Origin: Verrucomicrobiaceae bacterium
GTDB taxonomy: Bacteria; Verrucomicrobiota; Verrucomicrobiia; Verrucomicrobiales; Akkermansiaceae
Length of the DNA: 64,000 nucleotides
NCBI GenBank assembly: GCA_051252135.1
Contig: JBPOGH010000001.1
Coordinates: 64,001 to 128,000, forward strand
Reading direction: 5' to 3'
The first letter of the stretch is position 1. The number at the start of each line of letters is the position of its first letter. Shown here piece by piece: positions 1 to 10,213 of this stretch. The notes under the pieces were generated by a model. That model did not search any database. It saw nothing but the letters and a program-made list of their open reading frames with translations, and was not told the DNA's origin. A program made the position numbers and the translations under genes.

Positions 1-846
1 GGCTGGTTGGTGACCGTTCGTGAAGAAGCGACCGGTGAGAAACGCCAGATTGAAGCCGGCTTTGTCTTTATTGGAGCCGGTGGTGGGTCACTTCCGTTGC
101 TCCAGAAATCGGGTATTCCGGAAGTGAAAGGCTATGGCGGTTTCCCGATTGGTGGCCAGTGGATGATTACGAGGAATCCGGAAGTGGTGGCAAAGCACAC
201 CGCCAAGGTTTACGGGCAGGCTTTGGGAGCGGCGCCGACGATGGCAGTTCCTCATCTGGATACCCGGGTGATCGATGGCGAGCGTTACCTTTTGTTTGGG
301 CCGTTCGCAGCGTGGACGGGGAAGTTCCTTCACAATGGGGGGAGTCATACCGATTTGCCGTTTTCGGTTCGGCCCAGCAATATTTTGTCGTTGATGCGGG
401 TGGGTTTCCACAATGTGGATCTGGTGAAATATCTCGTGCAGCAGGGCATCCAGTCGAAGGCGTCGCGGATGGAGGAGCTTTACAATTTCTATCCGGACGC
501 GAAGGAAGAGGATTGGGAGGTGATTGATGCGGGAATCCGGGTGCAGGCGATCAAGCAAGAGCCCGGAGAGGAGCCGGGAATCGTGCACTACGGCACGGAG
601 GTCCTTACGAGCGCGGACAAGAGTATTTCGGCCCTTTTGGGGGCATCACCGGGAGCTTCGGTGTCGACCCAGGTGATGTTGGAGTGCATCCAGCGTTGCC
701 TTCCAGACTTGCTGGAGTCTGACGAGGCGAAGGCGCGCATGAGTGAGATGATTCCCAATTGGGATGAGGACCTCAAAGAGGCTTCGGCAAGAGATCGCTA
801 TCTTGATATTCACGGGAAGGCGATGGCCGACCTCAATCTTCTTTAG
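1..846 (+). CDS. mqo: Malate:quinone oxidoreductase (5'-truncated by window edge)
   Basis: Motifs FVFIGAGGGSLPLLQKSGIPE, APTMAVPHLDTR, AGIRVQAIK, LLGASPGAS; frame open from base 1. Confidence 0.93.
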   Translation, partial: GWLVTVREEATGEKRQIEAGFVFIGAGGGSLPLLQKSGIPEVKGYGGFPIGGQWMITRNPEVVAKHTAKVYGQALGAAPTMAVPHLDTRVIDGERYLLFGPFAAWTGKFLHNGGSHTDLPFSVRPSNILSLMRVGFHNVDLVKYLVQQGIQSKASRMEELYNFYPDAKEEDWEVIDAGIRVQAIKQEPGEEPGIVHYGTEVLTSADKSISALLGASPGASVSTQVMLECIQRCLPDLLESDEAKARMSEMIPNWDEDLKEASARDRYLDIHGKAMADLNLL

Positions 847-849
847 AGC

Positions 850-2337
850 ATGCCTGATTCCAAGTCTGTCTATCTCGCTGTTGATCTGGGTGCCGGCAGT
901 GGTCGGGTTATTGCCGGGGTGTTGCAAGGCGATAAGCTCAGCCTTGAGGAGATCAACCGTTTTGAGAACAAACCTTTTGAAAAGAATGGCGGGCTCTATT
1001 GGGATTTTGAGAGCTTGTGGGAGGGGATTATTGAGGGGCTGAAAAGGTCGGTGGAGACGTATTCCGCGGAGATGATCCGGTCAATCGGGGTGGATACCTG
1101 GGGGGTGGATTACGGCTTGCTCGACAAGGACGGGCAGCTTTTGGGAGGCCCCCGGCATTATCGGGATGAGCGGACGAGTGGGGCGATGGAGAAGGTGTTT
1201 TCGCAAGTGAGTGAGGCAGAGGTTTTTGAAGAGACGGGGCTTCAATTCATGGAGATCAACACCCTTTTCCAATTGGCGGTGGAGGCGAAGGACGGGGAAA
1301 GCCGGTTGAAAGACGCGGAGCAATTTTTACTGATACCGGACCTGATCAACCATCGCCTGACCGGTAAGGCGTATTGCGAGCGGACGAACGCGAGCACGAC
1401 GCAGTTCTACAATCCGGTCGAGAAGGATTGGTCGAAGAAGCTCTTTGGCGCGGTCGAGGTGCCGCTGGAAGTGACTCCGGAGCTCATCGCAGCCGGCGAG
1501 AGTCTGGGCGGAGTGCTTCCCGGGATTCGGGAGGCGACCGGAATTGGCGAAGCGACGGAGGTGGTGACGGTGGGAAGCCACGATACGGCTTCGGCGGTGG
1601 CGGCGGTGCCTGCGGACGCGGGAACGCGGTTTGCTTATTTGAGTTCGGGGACGTGGTCGCTGCTGGGTGTTGAGCTGGACAAGCCGGTGATGACGCCGTT
1701 GGTGCACGAATACAATTTCACGAACGAGGTGGGTGTTTTTGACACGATTCGTCTGCTGAAGAATATCAACGGATTGTGGCTGGTGCAGGAATGCCGGCGA
1801 ATCTGGAATGAGCAGGGGCGGGATTTGAGCTACGCGGATTTGGCAGGGATGTCGCGTGAAGTGGAGCCGTTGACTTCATTTGTGGATCCTGACAGCGAGC
1901 GCTTTGGGCGACGGGCGAACATGCCGCAGATGATTCGTGATTTTTGCCGGGAGACCGGTCAGCACGTGCCGGATGGTCCGGCTGAGATTGTGCGGCTGAT
2001 TGCGGACAGCTTGGCGATGAAGGTGCGATTTACGCTGGGTCGGCTTGAAGAGCTGATCGGGCATCAGGTGGAGATTCTCCACATCATTGGAGGAGGGGGG
2101 CAGGACGAGATGCTCAACCAAAGCATCGCCAACAGCATCAATCGCCCGGTGGTGGTGGGGCCTTACGAGGCGACGGCGGCGGGGAATCTGATGATGCAAA
2201 TGGTGGCGTGCGGGGAGCTTTCGACCTTCGAGGAGGGACGGGCGATGATCCGGGATTCCTTTGAGACGAAACGGTTTGAGCCCGAAGCTCCTGAGAAGTG
2301 GGATGAGGCCTATGAGCGGTTCAAGGGGCTGCTCTGA
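850..2337 (+). CDS. rhaB: Rhamnulokinase / FGGY-family sugar kinase
   Basis: YLAVDLGAGSGR, IGVDTWGVDY, HYRDERT, SHDTASAV, SSGTWSLLG, RLLKNINGLW. Confidence 0.88.
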   Translation: MPDSKSVYLAVDLGAGSGRVIAGVLQGDKLSLEEINRFENKPFEKNGGLYWDFESLWEGIIEGLKRSVETYSAEMIRSIGVDTWGVDYGLLDKDGQLLGGPRHYRDERTSGAMEKVFSQVSEAEVFEETGLQFMEINTLFQLAVEAKDGESRLKDAEQFLLIPDLINHRLTGKAYCERTNASTTQFYNPVEKDWSKKLFGAVEVPLEVTPELIAAGESLGGVLPGIREATGIGEATEVVTVGSHDTASAVAAVPADAGTRFAYLSSGTWSLLGVELDKPVMTPLVHEYNFTNEVGVFDTIRLLKNINGLWLVQECRRIWNEQGRDLSYADLAGMSREVEPLTSFVDPDSERFGRRANMPQMIRDFCRETGQHVPDGPAEIVRLIADSLAMKVRFTLGRLEELIGHQVEILHIIGGGGQDEMLNQSIANSINRPVVVGPYEATAAGNLMMQMVACGELSTFEEGRAMIRDSFETKRFEPEAPEKWDEAYERFKGLL

Positions 2338-2376
2338 TGGGGTGGGGCTGTGAGGGGTGACTGTTTGCTTCGCAAC

Positions 2377-3951
2377 CTAGCCCGGAAGCATCATGCTGCG
2401 GATGGCGTAGAACAGGAGAGCGGCCATGATTCCCGAAGCGGGGACCGTGATGACCCAGGCGGCAGCGATTTTGAGCAGTGCTGAACGCTTCACCAATTCC
2501 TGCCGGTAGACCTTCTTAAGTCCTTTGCGTTCGCGCTTGGTGAATTCCACCTTGGTGGTGTGCTCTTTGACTTGGGCGAGCATCTGACGTTTGTCTTTGA
2601 TCGATCCGTTTTTGAATTTTGTCATAAACGCTTCCACTTCGGCATGATTTTTTCCGGAGTGATGTTGTTCAATTTCATCAATGGTCTTTGCGTAGCTGGC
2701 CTTGAGAAACTCCCGTAGGAATCCGACTCCAAAGACTCCGCCCACGGCGATATGGGTTGAGCTTACCGGCAAGCCGAGTTGGGAGGCGATGATGACGGTG
2801 ATTGCGGCTGCCATTGCGATGCAAAACGCTCTCATCTGGTCGAGTTCGGTGATCTCACTTCCGACGGTGCGGATCAACTTCGGACCAAAGAGGGCCAGCC
2901 CGAGGACAATTCCCAATGCACCGATGGCCATGACCCAGAAGGGGATGGGAGCTTTGGAGGCGACCCCGTGGCTGGTGATAGTGTCGGCGATTGCGGCAAG
3001 CGGACCGACGGCGTTGGCGACATCATTGGCCCCATGGGCAAAACTCAATAAGGCGGCGGCAAATATCAGGGGCAGGGTGAAGAGGCGGTTGATGCTCTTT
3101 TTTTCGTTGTCCATTGAGGCCGAGTGTTTTCGGGTCAGTGACTTCGCCATGAAATAGGTGAACACGGCTAGGGTCAGTCCAATTCCGGAGGCCGTAAGAA
3201 TGTCCACTTTGACGATTTGCTTGAGCCCCTTCATGATCAGGTAGGTGCTGAAGGCGAGAACCATGATAGCGACGAGGATGGGCAAGATCCGTTGAGCCGC
3301 GGTGATCATGTCTTCCTTGTAGGTGATGCTGTGCTTGATCCAGTAGAGGAAGGCGGCGGCGATGATACCTCCGATGACCGGAGAAATGACCCAACTGGCA
3401 GCGATGAGCTTCATCTGATCCCAATTGGCGATTCCAAATCCTCCCGCAGCGATGCCTGCGCCGAGAACGCCTCCGACGATGGCATGGGTGGTGGAAACCG
3501 GGGCTCCGAGGGCGGTGGCGATATTCAGCCAAAGCGCCCCGGCCAGCAGGGCTGCCATCATGAGCCAGATGAAGACATCGGCATTTGGAATGAGGGACGG
3601 ATCGATGATTCCTTTTTTGATGGTGCTGACGACACCTCCTCCGGCAATGAGTGCTCCCGCTGCTTCGAAGATGGCGGCAATAATGATCGCTCCGGTCAGG
3701 CTTAGGGCTTTGGAGCCGACGGCGGGACCGACGTTGTTGGCGACATCATTGGCCCCGATATTCATGGCCATGTAGCCACCGATCATGGCGGCGATTACCA
3801 GTTCGATGCTGACCGGTTGACCATCCGGGCGAATGCTCGAAGAGAATAACATGATACCGACGATGAAAAGTAGGGCGGAGCCGATGCGGAACATTTCCTT
3901 GCGCCCGAATGCGGTGGCTTTTTCCAATTTTTGAATATTTTCGATCTCCAT
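2377..3951 (-). CDS. Inorganic phosphate transporter, PiT family
   Basis: Two GANDVAN signature motifs and two PVS(T/S)TH motifs; many TM segments. Confidence 0.92.
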   Translation of the reverse strand: MEIENIQKLEKATAFGRKEMFRIGSALLFIVGIMLFSSSIRPDGQPVSIELVIAAMIGGYMAMNIGANDVANNVGPAVGSKALSLTGAIIIAAIFEAAGALIAGGGVVSTIKKGIIDPSLIPNADVFIWLMMAALLAGALWLNIATALGAPVSTTHAIVGGVLGAGIAAGGFGIANWDQMKLIAASWVISPVIGGIIAAAFLYWIKHSITYKEDMITAAQRILPILVAIMVLAFSTYLIMKGLKQIVKVDILTASGIGLTLAVFTYFMAKSLTRKHSASMDNEKKSINRLFTLPLIFAAALLSFAHGANDVANAVGPLAAIADTITSHGVASKAPIPFWVMAIGALGIVLGLALFGPKLIRTVGSEITELDQMRAFCIAMAAAITVIIASQLGLPVSSTHIAVGGVFGVGFLREFLKASYAKTIDEIEQHHSGKNHAEVEAFMTKFKNGSIKDKRQMLAQVKEHTTKVEFTKRERKGLKKVYRQELVKRSALLKIAAAWVITVPASGIMAALLFYAIRSMMLPG

Positions 3952-4431
3952 GGTTTGAATGATGCGGTCTGCCGGTAGGAAGTGTTAGGGGCTCGAGAGA
4001 GCGGTTAGTGGTTGAAGTAGATCAGGAAGTGATTGAGCGGTTCACTTCCCGGGCAATTTGGGTCTGGCTGACGCAGAACGATTTTCTACCCCCAACCCAC
4101 CCTTGTAGGCATCAGATTCAGCGGTGTCCAAAGTGAAATCAGGGGTCAGGCGATTAGTCGGGGAGTGAAAGGGAATGGCTGGTGCATGAGGGTGGACCCG
4201 TGATTGCGCCGGAGGGCTCCACGATCGCGATCGCAGCAGGAGATGAGAGGGTCGATGGAATCATGGTGGTGAGGCCGGTTGATCGGTGCAGAGCCCGGAA
4301 TCGGCCGAAAACCAATTTGTATCCAAGGTGTTTTGAGCGATTGGAGGAGCGGGTTGGGAGGTGGAAAAAGGGGGATGATCGCGCTGGCGGTGAGGGAAGA
4401 GGTGGGGTAGGTTCCGGCACTTCGACTTTCT

Positions 4432-5856
4432 ATGGCTGATTTTTTCTATTCCGCGCTGCTGATCTTCATTGTGGTCATGCTTTTCAACGTGATCATTTTC
4501 GTTCACGAGCTGGGTCATTTCCTTGCTGCCAAATGGCGTGGGGTGAAGGTGGATCGTTTTCAGGTGTGGTTTGGAAAGCCGATTTGGAAGAAGGAGATCA
4601 ACGGGGTGCAGTATGGCTTGGGTTGGTTGCCTTTTGGTGGATTTGTGGCCTTGCCGCAGATGGCGCCGATGGAGTCGATTGAGGGTGGAAATCGTGATGA
4701 GGAGGAACTTCCGAAGATTTCGCCGCTGGATAAAATCATTGTGGCCTTTGCGGGGCCACTTTTCAGCATTCTGCTGGCTCTTACGGGAGCGCTGTTGGTG
4801 TGGACCGTAGGGAAGCCGCTTGATGCGATTGAGACCACGGTGGTGGGCGGGGTGGTGCCTGATGGTCCTGCCGATAAGGCGGGGATTCAGGCGGGGGATA
4901 AGATTCTCAAGGTGAATGGAGAGCCGGTGATTTGGTTTGCGGGTGATTTTGAGGCGATCCGTGAACGGATCATGCTGACCGAGGGCGACAGTGTGTCTTT
5001 TGAGATCGAGAGGGACGGGAAGGTGATCGACGTGGTTTCGGAATTTGAGATTGCCGAGACGTCATGGTTTCGGCGGCGCGGGCTTCCCAGTGTGGGGATG
5101 TCCGGGGCGGGTCCGGCGATTGTGGGTGGATTGATCAAGGGGGAGAATCAGAGTCCTGCGGAGCGTGCGGGCCTGAAGGTGGGTGATGAGGTGGTGGCGG
5201 TTGACGGGGTTGAGATTTTTGGAACGCTCCATGTGAGCCAGTTGCTGAAGGAGAATGAGTATCAGGAGAGTGTCTTTACGGTGAAGAGAGGCGATGAGAC
5301 GCTGGAAATGGCGGTGAAGCCGCTCCTGCCCATTGCGGAGAAGGGTAAGGGGTTTGATGAGCCCAAAGTGGGGATTTTGTGGGACCCGAAAGCGGGCCTG
5401 TCGACCCAGTTGACCTATCCGGCTCCCGTGAAGCAGATTGGGGACTCGATGAAGGCGATGTGGATCACGATCAAATCGGTGAGTTCGCCATCGTCGAACG
5501 TGGGGGTGGATCAGCTTGCGGGTCCGATCGGGATTGCGAAGACGAAGTTTCAGCTTCTGCAGACCGACCAAGGGTGGTTGCGGGTGTTGTGGTTCTTTGT
5601 CTTTTTCAATGTGAACCTGGCGATTCTCAACATGCTGCCGTTTCCGGTGCTTGATGGCGGGCACATTGTGATGGCGGTGGGCGAGATGGTGACGGGGAGG
5701 CCGGTGCAAGGTCGTATTTTGGAGGTGGTTCAGACCGGCTTCGCTCTGGTGCTGATTTCGTTCATGCTCTACATCACGACCAAGGATATCGGGGATAGTG
5801 TGCCGAACGGGGAAGAGGGGATTGGGACGATCAGGTGGCCTGAAGAAGGGGGTTAG
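4432..5856 (+). CDS. rseP: Site-2 (RIP) metalloprotease with two PDZ domains
   Basis: HELGH, AGP, two PDZ-like segments (GPADKAGIQAGD, SPAERAGLKVGD), NMLPFPVLDGG. Confidence 0.92.
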   Translation: MADFFYSALLIFIVVMLFNVIIFVHELGHFLAAKWRGVKVDRFQVWFGKPIWKKEINGVQYGLGWLPFGGFVALPQMAPMESIEGGNRDEEELPKISPLDKIIVAFAGPLFSILLALTGALLVWTVGKPLDAIETTVVGGVVPDGPADKAGIQAGDKILKVNGEPVIWFAGDFEAIRERIMLTEGDSVSFEIERDGKVIDVVSEFEIAETSWFRRRGLPSVGMSGAGPAIVGGLIKGENQSPAERAGLKVGDEVVAVDGVEIFGTLHVSQLLKENEYQESVFTVKRGDETLEMAVKPLLPIAEKGKGFDEPKVGILWDPKAGLSTQLTYPAPVKQIGDSMKAMWITIKSVSSPSSNVGVDQLAGPIGIAKTKFQLLQTDQGWLRVLWFFVFFNVNLAILNMLPFPVLDGGHIVMAVGEMVTGRPVQGRILEVVQTGFALVLISFMLYITTKDIGDSVPNGEEGIGTIRWPEEGG

Positions 5857-5898
5857 CTTGCACCGTGGGGAGTTGGTGGTTAGAACCAGAGTTATCAA

Positions 5899-6966
5899 AT
5901 GAAACCTTCTCCTCCGTCGGTCAATGTAGCCCGCTTGCTTTATCTCGTCCTCTGTGAGCTGGCCGGGTTGGGGATTGCGCTGAGTTCGCCGTTGATCGAG
6001 CTCTGGATGGGTTTGGCGGGTGGGTTGTTTCTGGCGGCATTCTTTATCTTTGTGGAAGCATTGATGAAGGGGTTTACGCTGCGGGGGTTTTCGACGGCGA
6101 CCTTTGGGTTGGCGGTGGGCTTGTTCTGCGCGTTTTTGTTGAACCGGGTGGGGATTGGGACTCTGGTGCAGGAAGCGGTGACGCCTTTTGGAGAGGAACC
6201 GGGTGATCTGGGTGAAACGCTGGCGCTGGCATTGAATGTGGCGATCTACGCGAGTTTGGGATTCATCGGGGCGACGCTGGCGCTGAGAAGCAGCCAGGAG
6301 GATTTTTCGTTCATCATTCCTTATGTTCGTTTCCGGCAGGATGCGGCATCGGGGCAGCCCTTGTTGCTGGATGCGGAGGTGATTGTGGATGGCCGGGTGG
6401 GCGGATTGATGATTGCGGGTTTTTTCACGGGTCGTCTGATTGTGCCGCAGTTTGTGCTGGATGAGTTGCAGGTGATGGCGAACTCACCTTCTCCGGGGAA
6501 GCGTCAGCGGGGACAGCGTGGGCTGGAGGTCTTGCAGGAGATGCAGGACAATCCGGGGATTCCGATTTCGATTCACGATGCCAGCGGGGTGGCGGAGGAT
6601 GAGTCGCTTCAGGGACGACTGGTGCAGACGGCGAAGCTGCTGGGGGCGCGGATTGTGACGACGGATGAGAATTTGACGAAGGTGGCGCATTTGCAGGGAG
6701 CGGGAGTGATCAATTTGAATGATTTGGCGGATTCACTTCGGCCTGCGGTAGTGGTGGGAGAGAAGGTGCGTCTGGCGCTGGTGCGAACCGGGAAGGATGA
6801 TCATCAGGGGGTGGGTTATATGTCGGACGGGACGATGATTGTGGTGAACCACGCGGTTTCGAGGATCGGGACGACCCAGGAGGTGGTGGTGATCAGCACC
6901 TTGAAGACGAGCGGCGGGGAGTTGGTTTTTGCGGAGTTGGCTGAAAACGTAGGTGAGACGGAGTGA
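5899..6966 (+). CDS. Membrane PIN/TRAM domain protein (YacL-like)
   Basis: N-terminal TMs, LLDAEVIVDGR, VPQFVLDELQ, RGQRGLEVL, QGVGYMSDGTMIVV. Confidence 0.88.
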   Translation: MKPSPPSVNVARLLYLVLCELAGLGIALSSPLIELWMGLAGGLFLAAFFIFVEALMKGFTLRGFSTATFGLAVGLFCAFLLNRVGIGTLVQEAVTPFGEEPGDLGETLALALNVAIYASLGFIGATLALRSSQEDFSFIIPYVRFRQDAASGQPLLLDAEVIVDGRVGGLMIAGFFTGRLIVPQFVLDELQVMANSPSPGKRQRGQRGLEVLQEMQDNPGIPISIHDASGVAEDESLQGRLVQTAKLLGARIVTTDENLTKVAHLQGAGVINLNDLADSLRPAVVVGEKVRLALVRTGKDDHQGVGYMSDGTMIVVNHAVSRIGTTQEVVVISTLKTSGGELVFAELAENVGETE

Positions 6967-8303
6967 GTGGGATTGACGCGATTTCGGTGACCCAGCTGGC
7001 GCGGCGGATCCGCAATCTGCTGGAGATCGAGGTGGGTGAGGTGTGGGTGGAGGGTGAGGTGAGTAATCTGCGGAAGCAGTCGAGCGGACATTGGTATTTT
7101 ACGCTGAAGGACGAGAGTGCGCAGATTTCCTGTGCGATGTTTGGGGCGCGGCGGCGGGAGGGATCGGAGTTTGTGGAGGATGGGGCGAAGGTGAAGATTT
7201 TTGGGGAGACGAGCTTTTATGAAGCGCGGGGGAGCACCCAGTTGATTGTGCGGAAGGCGGCGGCGGTGGGAGTGGGGAATCTGCAGGCGAAATTTGAAGA
7301 ACTGAAGCGGAAGCTCGATGGGGAGGGACTTTTTGCCGCGGAGAGGAAGAAGAAGCTGCCGTTTTTTCCGAAAGTGGTGGGGGTGGTGACTTCACCGACG
7401 GGGGCGGCGTATCAGGATATGCTGAACGTGCTGGGACGGCGTGCACCGTGGCTGACGGTGGTTCTTTTTCCGGCGGCGGTGCAGGGGAAGGGCGCGGAGC
7501 GGGGCGTGGCGCGGGCGATTCGGCGGGCAGGGAATGCGGAGGCGGAAGGGCTGCCGCAACCGGAGGTGATTATTGTGGGGCGAGGCGGGGGATCGTTGGA
7601 GGATCTTTGGAATTTTAACGAGGAAGTGGTGGCGCGAGCGATTGCGGCGTCGGAGGTGCCGGTGATCAGTGCGGTGGGGCACGAGATCGACTTTACGATC
7701 GCGGACTTTGTGGCTGATTTGAGGGCTCCGACTCCGAGTGCGGCGGCGGAGCTGGTGGTTCCGGACCAGGGGGAGTTGGTGGAAAAACTGCGGCGTCAGC
7801 ATTCGCGAATTGACCGGCTGGTGCAGGACCGGGTGGAGCGTTTTGGGGAGCGTCTGAGTTATCTGGAACGGGGGTCGCTGGGGCAATCACCGGAGCGACT
7901 GCTGCGTGATCCGATGCAGCGTTTGGATGAGGCGGAAAAGGATTTGGATCGCGGAGTGGAGGCGATTTTAAGAGAGAAGGAAGCAGTCGTTTCCGACTTT
8001 GAGGCGAACTGGAAGTATTTTCACCCTCTCGAGATGCTTAAGGCGCGTGGGGAGAGATTGAAGACGAAACGAGATGCTTTGGAACGGGTGATGGAGGATG
8101 CACTGAAGGGACGTGAGGACAAAGTTTCCAAGCTCGAGTCCCTCGTGCATGCATATGGGCCGGGGTCGACGCTGGAGCGTGGTTTTTCAATCACGTTTGG
8201 GCCGGACGGCGAGATCATCCATGATCCGGCGAATCTGGAGAAGGGGGAGCGGATCGAGACGATGCTCCACAAGGGGACGCTGGTGAGTCGGGTGGAGAAG
8301 TAG
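6963..8303 (+). CDS. xseA: Exodeoxyribonuclease VII large subunit
   Basis: VWVEGEVSN, SGHWYFTLKD, RGGGSLEDLW, SAVGHEIDFT, APTPSAAAE. Confidence 0.96.
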   Translation: MSGIDAISVTQLARRIRNLLEIEVGEVWVEGEVSNLRKQSSGHWYFTLKDESAQISCAMFGARRREGSEFVEDGAKVKIFGETSFYEARGSTQLIVRKAAAVGVGNLQAKFEELKRKLDGEGLFAAERKKKLPFFPKVVGVVTSPTGAAYQDMLNVLGRRAPWLTVVLFPAAVQGKGAERGVARAIRRAGNAEAEGLPQPEVIIVGRGGGSLEDLWNFNEEVVARAIAASEVPVISAVGHEIDFTIADFVADLRAPTPSAAAELVVPDQGELVEKLRRQHSRIDRLVQDRVERFGERLSYLERGSLGQSPERLLRDPMQRLDEAEKDLDRGVEAILREKEAVVSDFEANWKYFHPLEMLKARGERLKTKRDALERVMEDALKGREDKVSKLESLVHAYGPGSTLERGFSITFGPDGEIIHDPANLEKGERIETMLHKGTLVSRVEK

Positions 8304-8314
8304 GGCCGGGGGCC

Positions 8315-8866
8315 TTACATCATGCCGAGCTTCATTTTGCCTTCTTCGGAGATCATGTCCTGATTCCAGGCGGGGTCCCAGACGAGTTCGACGTCGGCAT
8401 TGTTGATCTCGGGGAGGGTCATGATGCGGGCCTGGGCATCGGCCGCGATGACGGGTCCCATGCCGCAGCCGGGAGCGGTGAGGGTCATTTTGACTTTGAC
8501 GTCGGTGCCCTCGCCGTCTTCCGCCTTGACGAGTTGGCAGTCGTAGACGAGGCCGAGGTTGACGATGTCGACGGGGATTTCGGGGTCGAAGACTTGCTTC
8601 ATCTGGTGCCAGACCTGCTCTTCGAGGGGGAGATCCTTGATGGATTCCCGCTCTTCTTGCTGGGCTTTTTCAGCTTCGGGATCGACTCCAAGGGCGTCGG
8701 TATCGGTAGAGGAAATCCGGGCGAGGCCAGCGGAGGTGGCGACGGTGTAGGTGCCGCCGAGGGTTTGGGTGATGACGACAGGGGTGCCGGCGGGAAGCGT
8801 GATGGAATCTCCGGAGGGGATCTGGATGGCTTCGACTTCGCGGGTGAGGCTGACTTCTTCGTGCAT
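8315..8866 (-). CDS. sufT: Putative Fe-S cluster assembly protein SufT (DUF59)
   Basis: ITQTLGGTYT N-domain, FDPEIPVDIVNLGLVY, MTLTAPGCGMG, VWDPAW; start taken at MHEEVS. Confidence 0.88.
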   Translation of the reverse strand: MHEEVSLTREVEAIQIPSGDSITLPAGTPVVITQTLGGTYTVATSAGLARISSTDTDALGVDPEAEKAQQEERESIKDLPLEEQVWHQMKQVFDPEIPVDIVNLGLVYDCQLVKAEDGEGTDVKVKMTLTAPGCGMGPVIAADAQARIMTLPEINNADVELVWDPAWNQDMISEEGKMKLGMM

Positions 8867-8904
8867 GTGGTGAGATTCGATGATGCGGGCGGGAGCGCAA
8901 GGCA

Positions 8905-10128
8905 TTATTTTCCGAGACTGTAGAGGACTTCGCGGCGGCCGTCTTCGCCTGAGAAGCCGACGCGGAGGAAGAGCTCCTTATCGACGAGGACGGGGGAGGC
9001 GTAGGTGTCATCGCCGAGCTTGTTTACGGCGACTTTCTGAAATCCTTCGTGGGTGGCTTTGAAGACGGTGGTGGTGCCGTTCTTGATGGGAGCGTAGATG
9101 TGGCCATTGGCGAAGGCGGGGGAGGCCATGACGCCGCCGCGGCCGAGGCGTTCTTTCCACATTTCCTCGCCATCGGAAGCACGCCAACAGTGGGCGAATC
9201 CCTGGTCGGTGACGGAGTAGATGTATCCTCCGTGGGCGAGCATGGATTGCTCGTAGGCGCGTTCGTTGTTGCTCCAGAGTTTTTGGCCGGAGCCATCGGA
9301 CTTCACGCCCTTGGTTTCGTTTTTGGGAAATCCGCCGCTGGCGAAGACGGCATCGTCAGTCCAGACGGCGGTGCCGCAGGTGGCCTGGGAGATGTGGGGG
9401 GCTTCCCAGAGGAGTTTGCCGTTGGAAGGATCATAACTGTGAATCTTGAGTTGTCCGGCGATGATGAGCTGATCTTTTCCGCTGGTGCGGGCGATGATGG
9501 GAGAGGCCCAGTTGTCACCGGGGTTCCGTGGAGTGCGCCATTTCTCCTCTCCGGTTTGGGAGTCGAGGGCGACGAGGTAGCCTTCCTTTTCCTGATCGGA
9601 AACGACAATGACGGTTCCTTTGTAGATGAGGGGTGAGGCTCCGTAGCCGAAGGGGTAGCCTGAGTGGTAGGAGCCGACGGTCTTGCTCCAGACGAGGTCA
9701 CCGGCGGGTGAGACGGCGGAGACGAGGATTTGCCCGTTGTTATAAAAGGTGGTGATGACGTGCCGGCCATCCCAGGCGGGAGAGGAGGAAGCGTGGGAGT
9801 TTTCGCGGTGGATTTTGGGAGGGAGGCCGCCAGTGGCGAGAGCCTTGGTCCATTGGATTTTACCGGAGGCGCGATTGATGGAAATGAGAGACTGGGTGCC
9901 TTTTTCGGTGTCGCCGGTGGTGAGGAAGATTTGGGCACCGACGACGATGGGGGTGGAGTGGCCGAGGCCGGGGAGGTCGGTCTTCCAGAGGACATTTTTG
10001 TCAGGGGACCACTCGGTGACGGGGGCGGCATCGGCGGCGGCGTGGTTATCCATGGTGGGGCCGCGCCACTGGGGCCAATCGGAAGCGGTGGCCTGGAGGG
10101 CGAGGAAGAGGGTGAGGAGGTATTTCAT
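8905..10128 (-). CDS. Secreted PQQ-like beta-propeller repeat protein
   Basis: Signal peptide, DWPQWRGP, repeated 'TGEEKW/NGKLLW' blades, ASP motifs. Confidence 0.85.
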   Translation of the reverse strand: MKYLLTLFLALQATASDWPQWRGPTMDNHAAADAAPVTEWSPDKNVLWKTDLPGLGHSTPIVVGAQIFLTTGDTEKGTQSLISINRASGKIQWTKALATGGLPPKIHRENSHASSSPAWDGRHVITTFYNNGQILVSAVSPAGDLVWSKTVGSYHSGYPFGYGASPLIYKGTVIVVSDQEKEGYLVALDSQTGEEKWRTPRNPGDNWASPIIARTSGKDQLIIAGQLKIHSYDPSNGKLLWEAPHISQATCGTAVWTDDAVFASGGFPKNETKGVKSDGSGQKLWSNNERAYEQSMLAHGGYIYSVTDQGFAHCWRASDGEEMWKERLGRGGVMASPAFANGHIYAPIKNGTTTVFKATHEGFQKVAVNKLGDDTYASPVLVDKELFLRVGFSGEDGRREVLYSLGK

Positions 10129-10213
10129 GGCGGGAATGTGGCCTTTTTTGGGGAGAAGGCAAAGTACGAGATTTGCATGTCCAAGGGCGGGGATGTTTCG
10201 GATAGTGGCGGGG

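Noticed and set aside
4095..4200. Fluoride riboswitch upstream of pit (CUGAUGCCUAC)
   Set aside because: The required 5' GGnGAUGG..CC stem is absent
4154..4518. Small ORFs in the pit-rseP gap
   Set aside because: No recognisable motifs, mutually overlapping, and partly overlapping rseP
9749..10192. N-terminal extension of the BASS transporter
   Set aside because: It overlaps the opposite-strand beta-propeller gene; transporter-like sequence begins near 10193-10214
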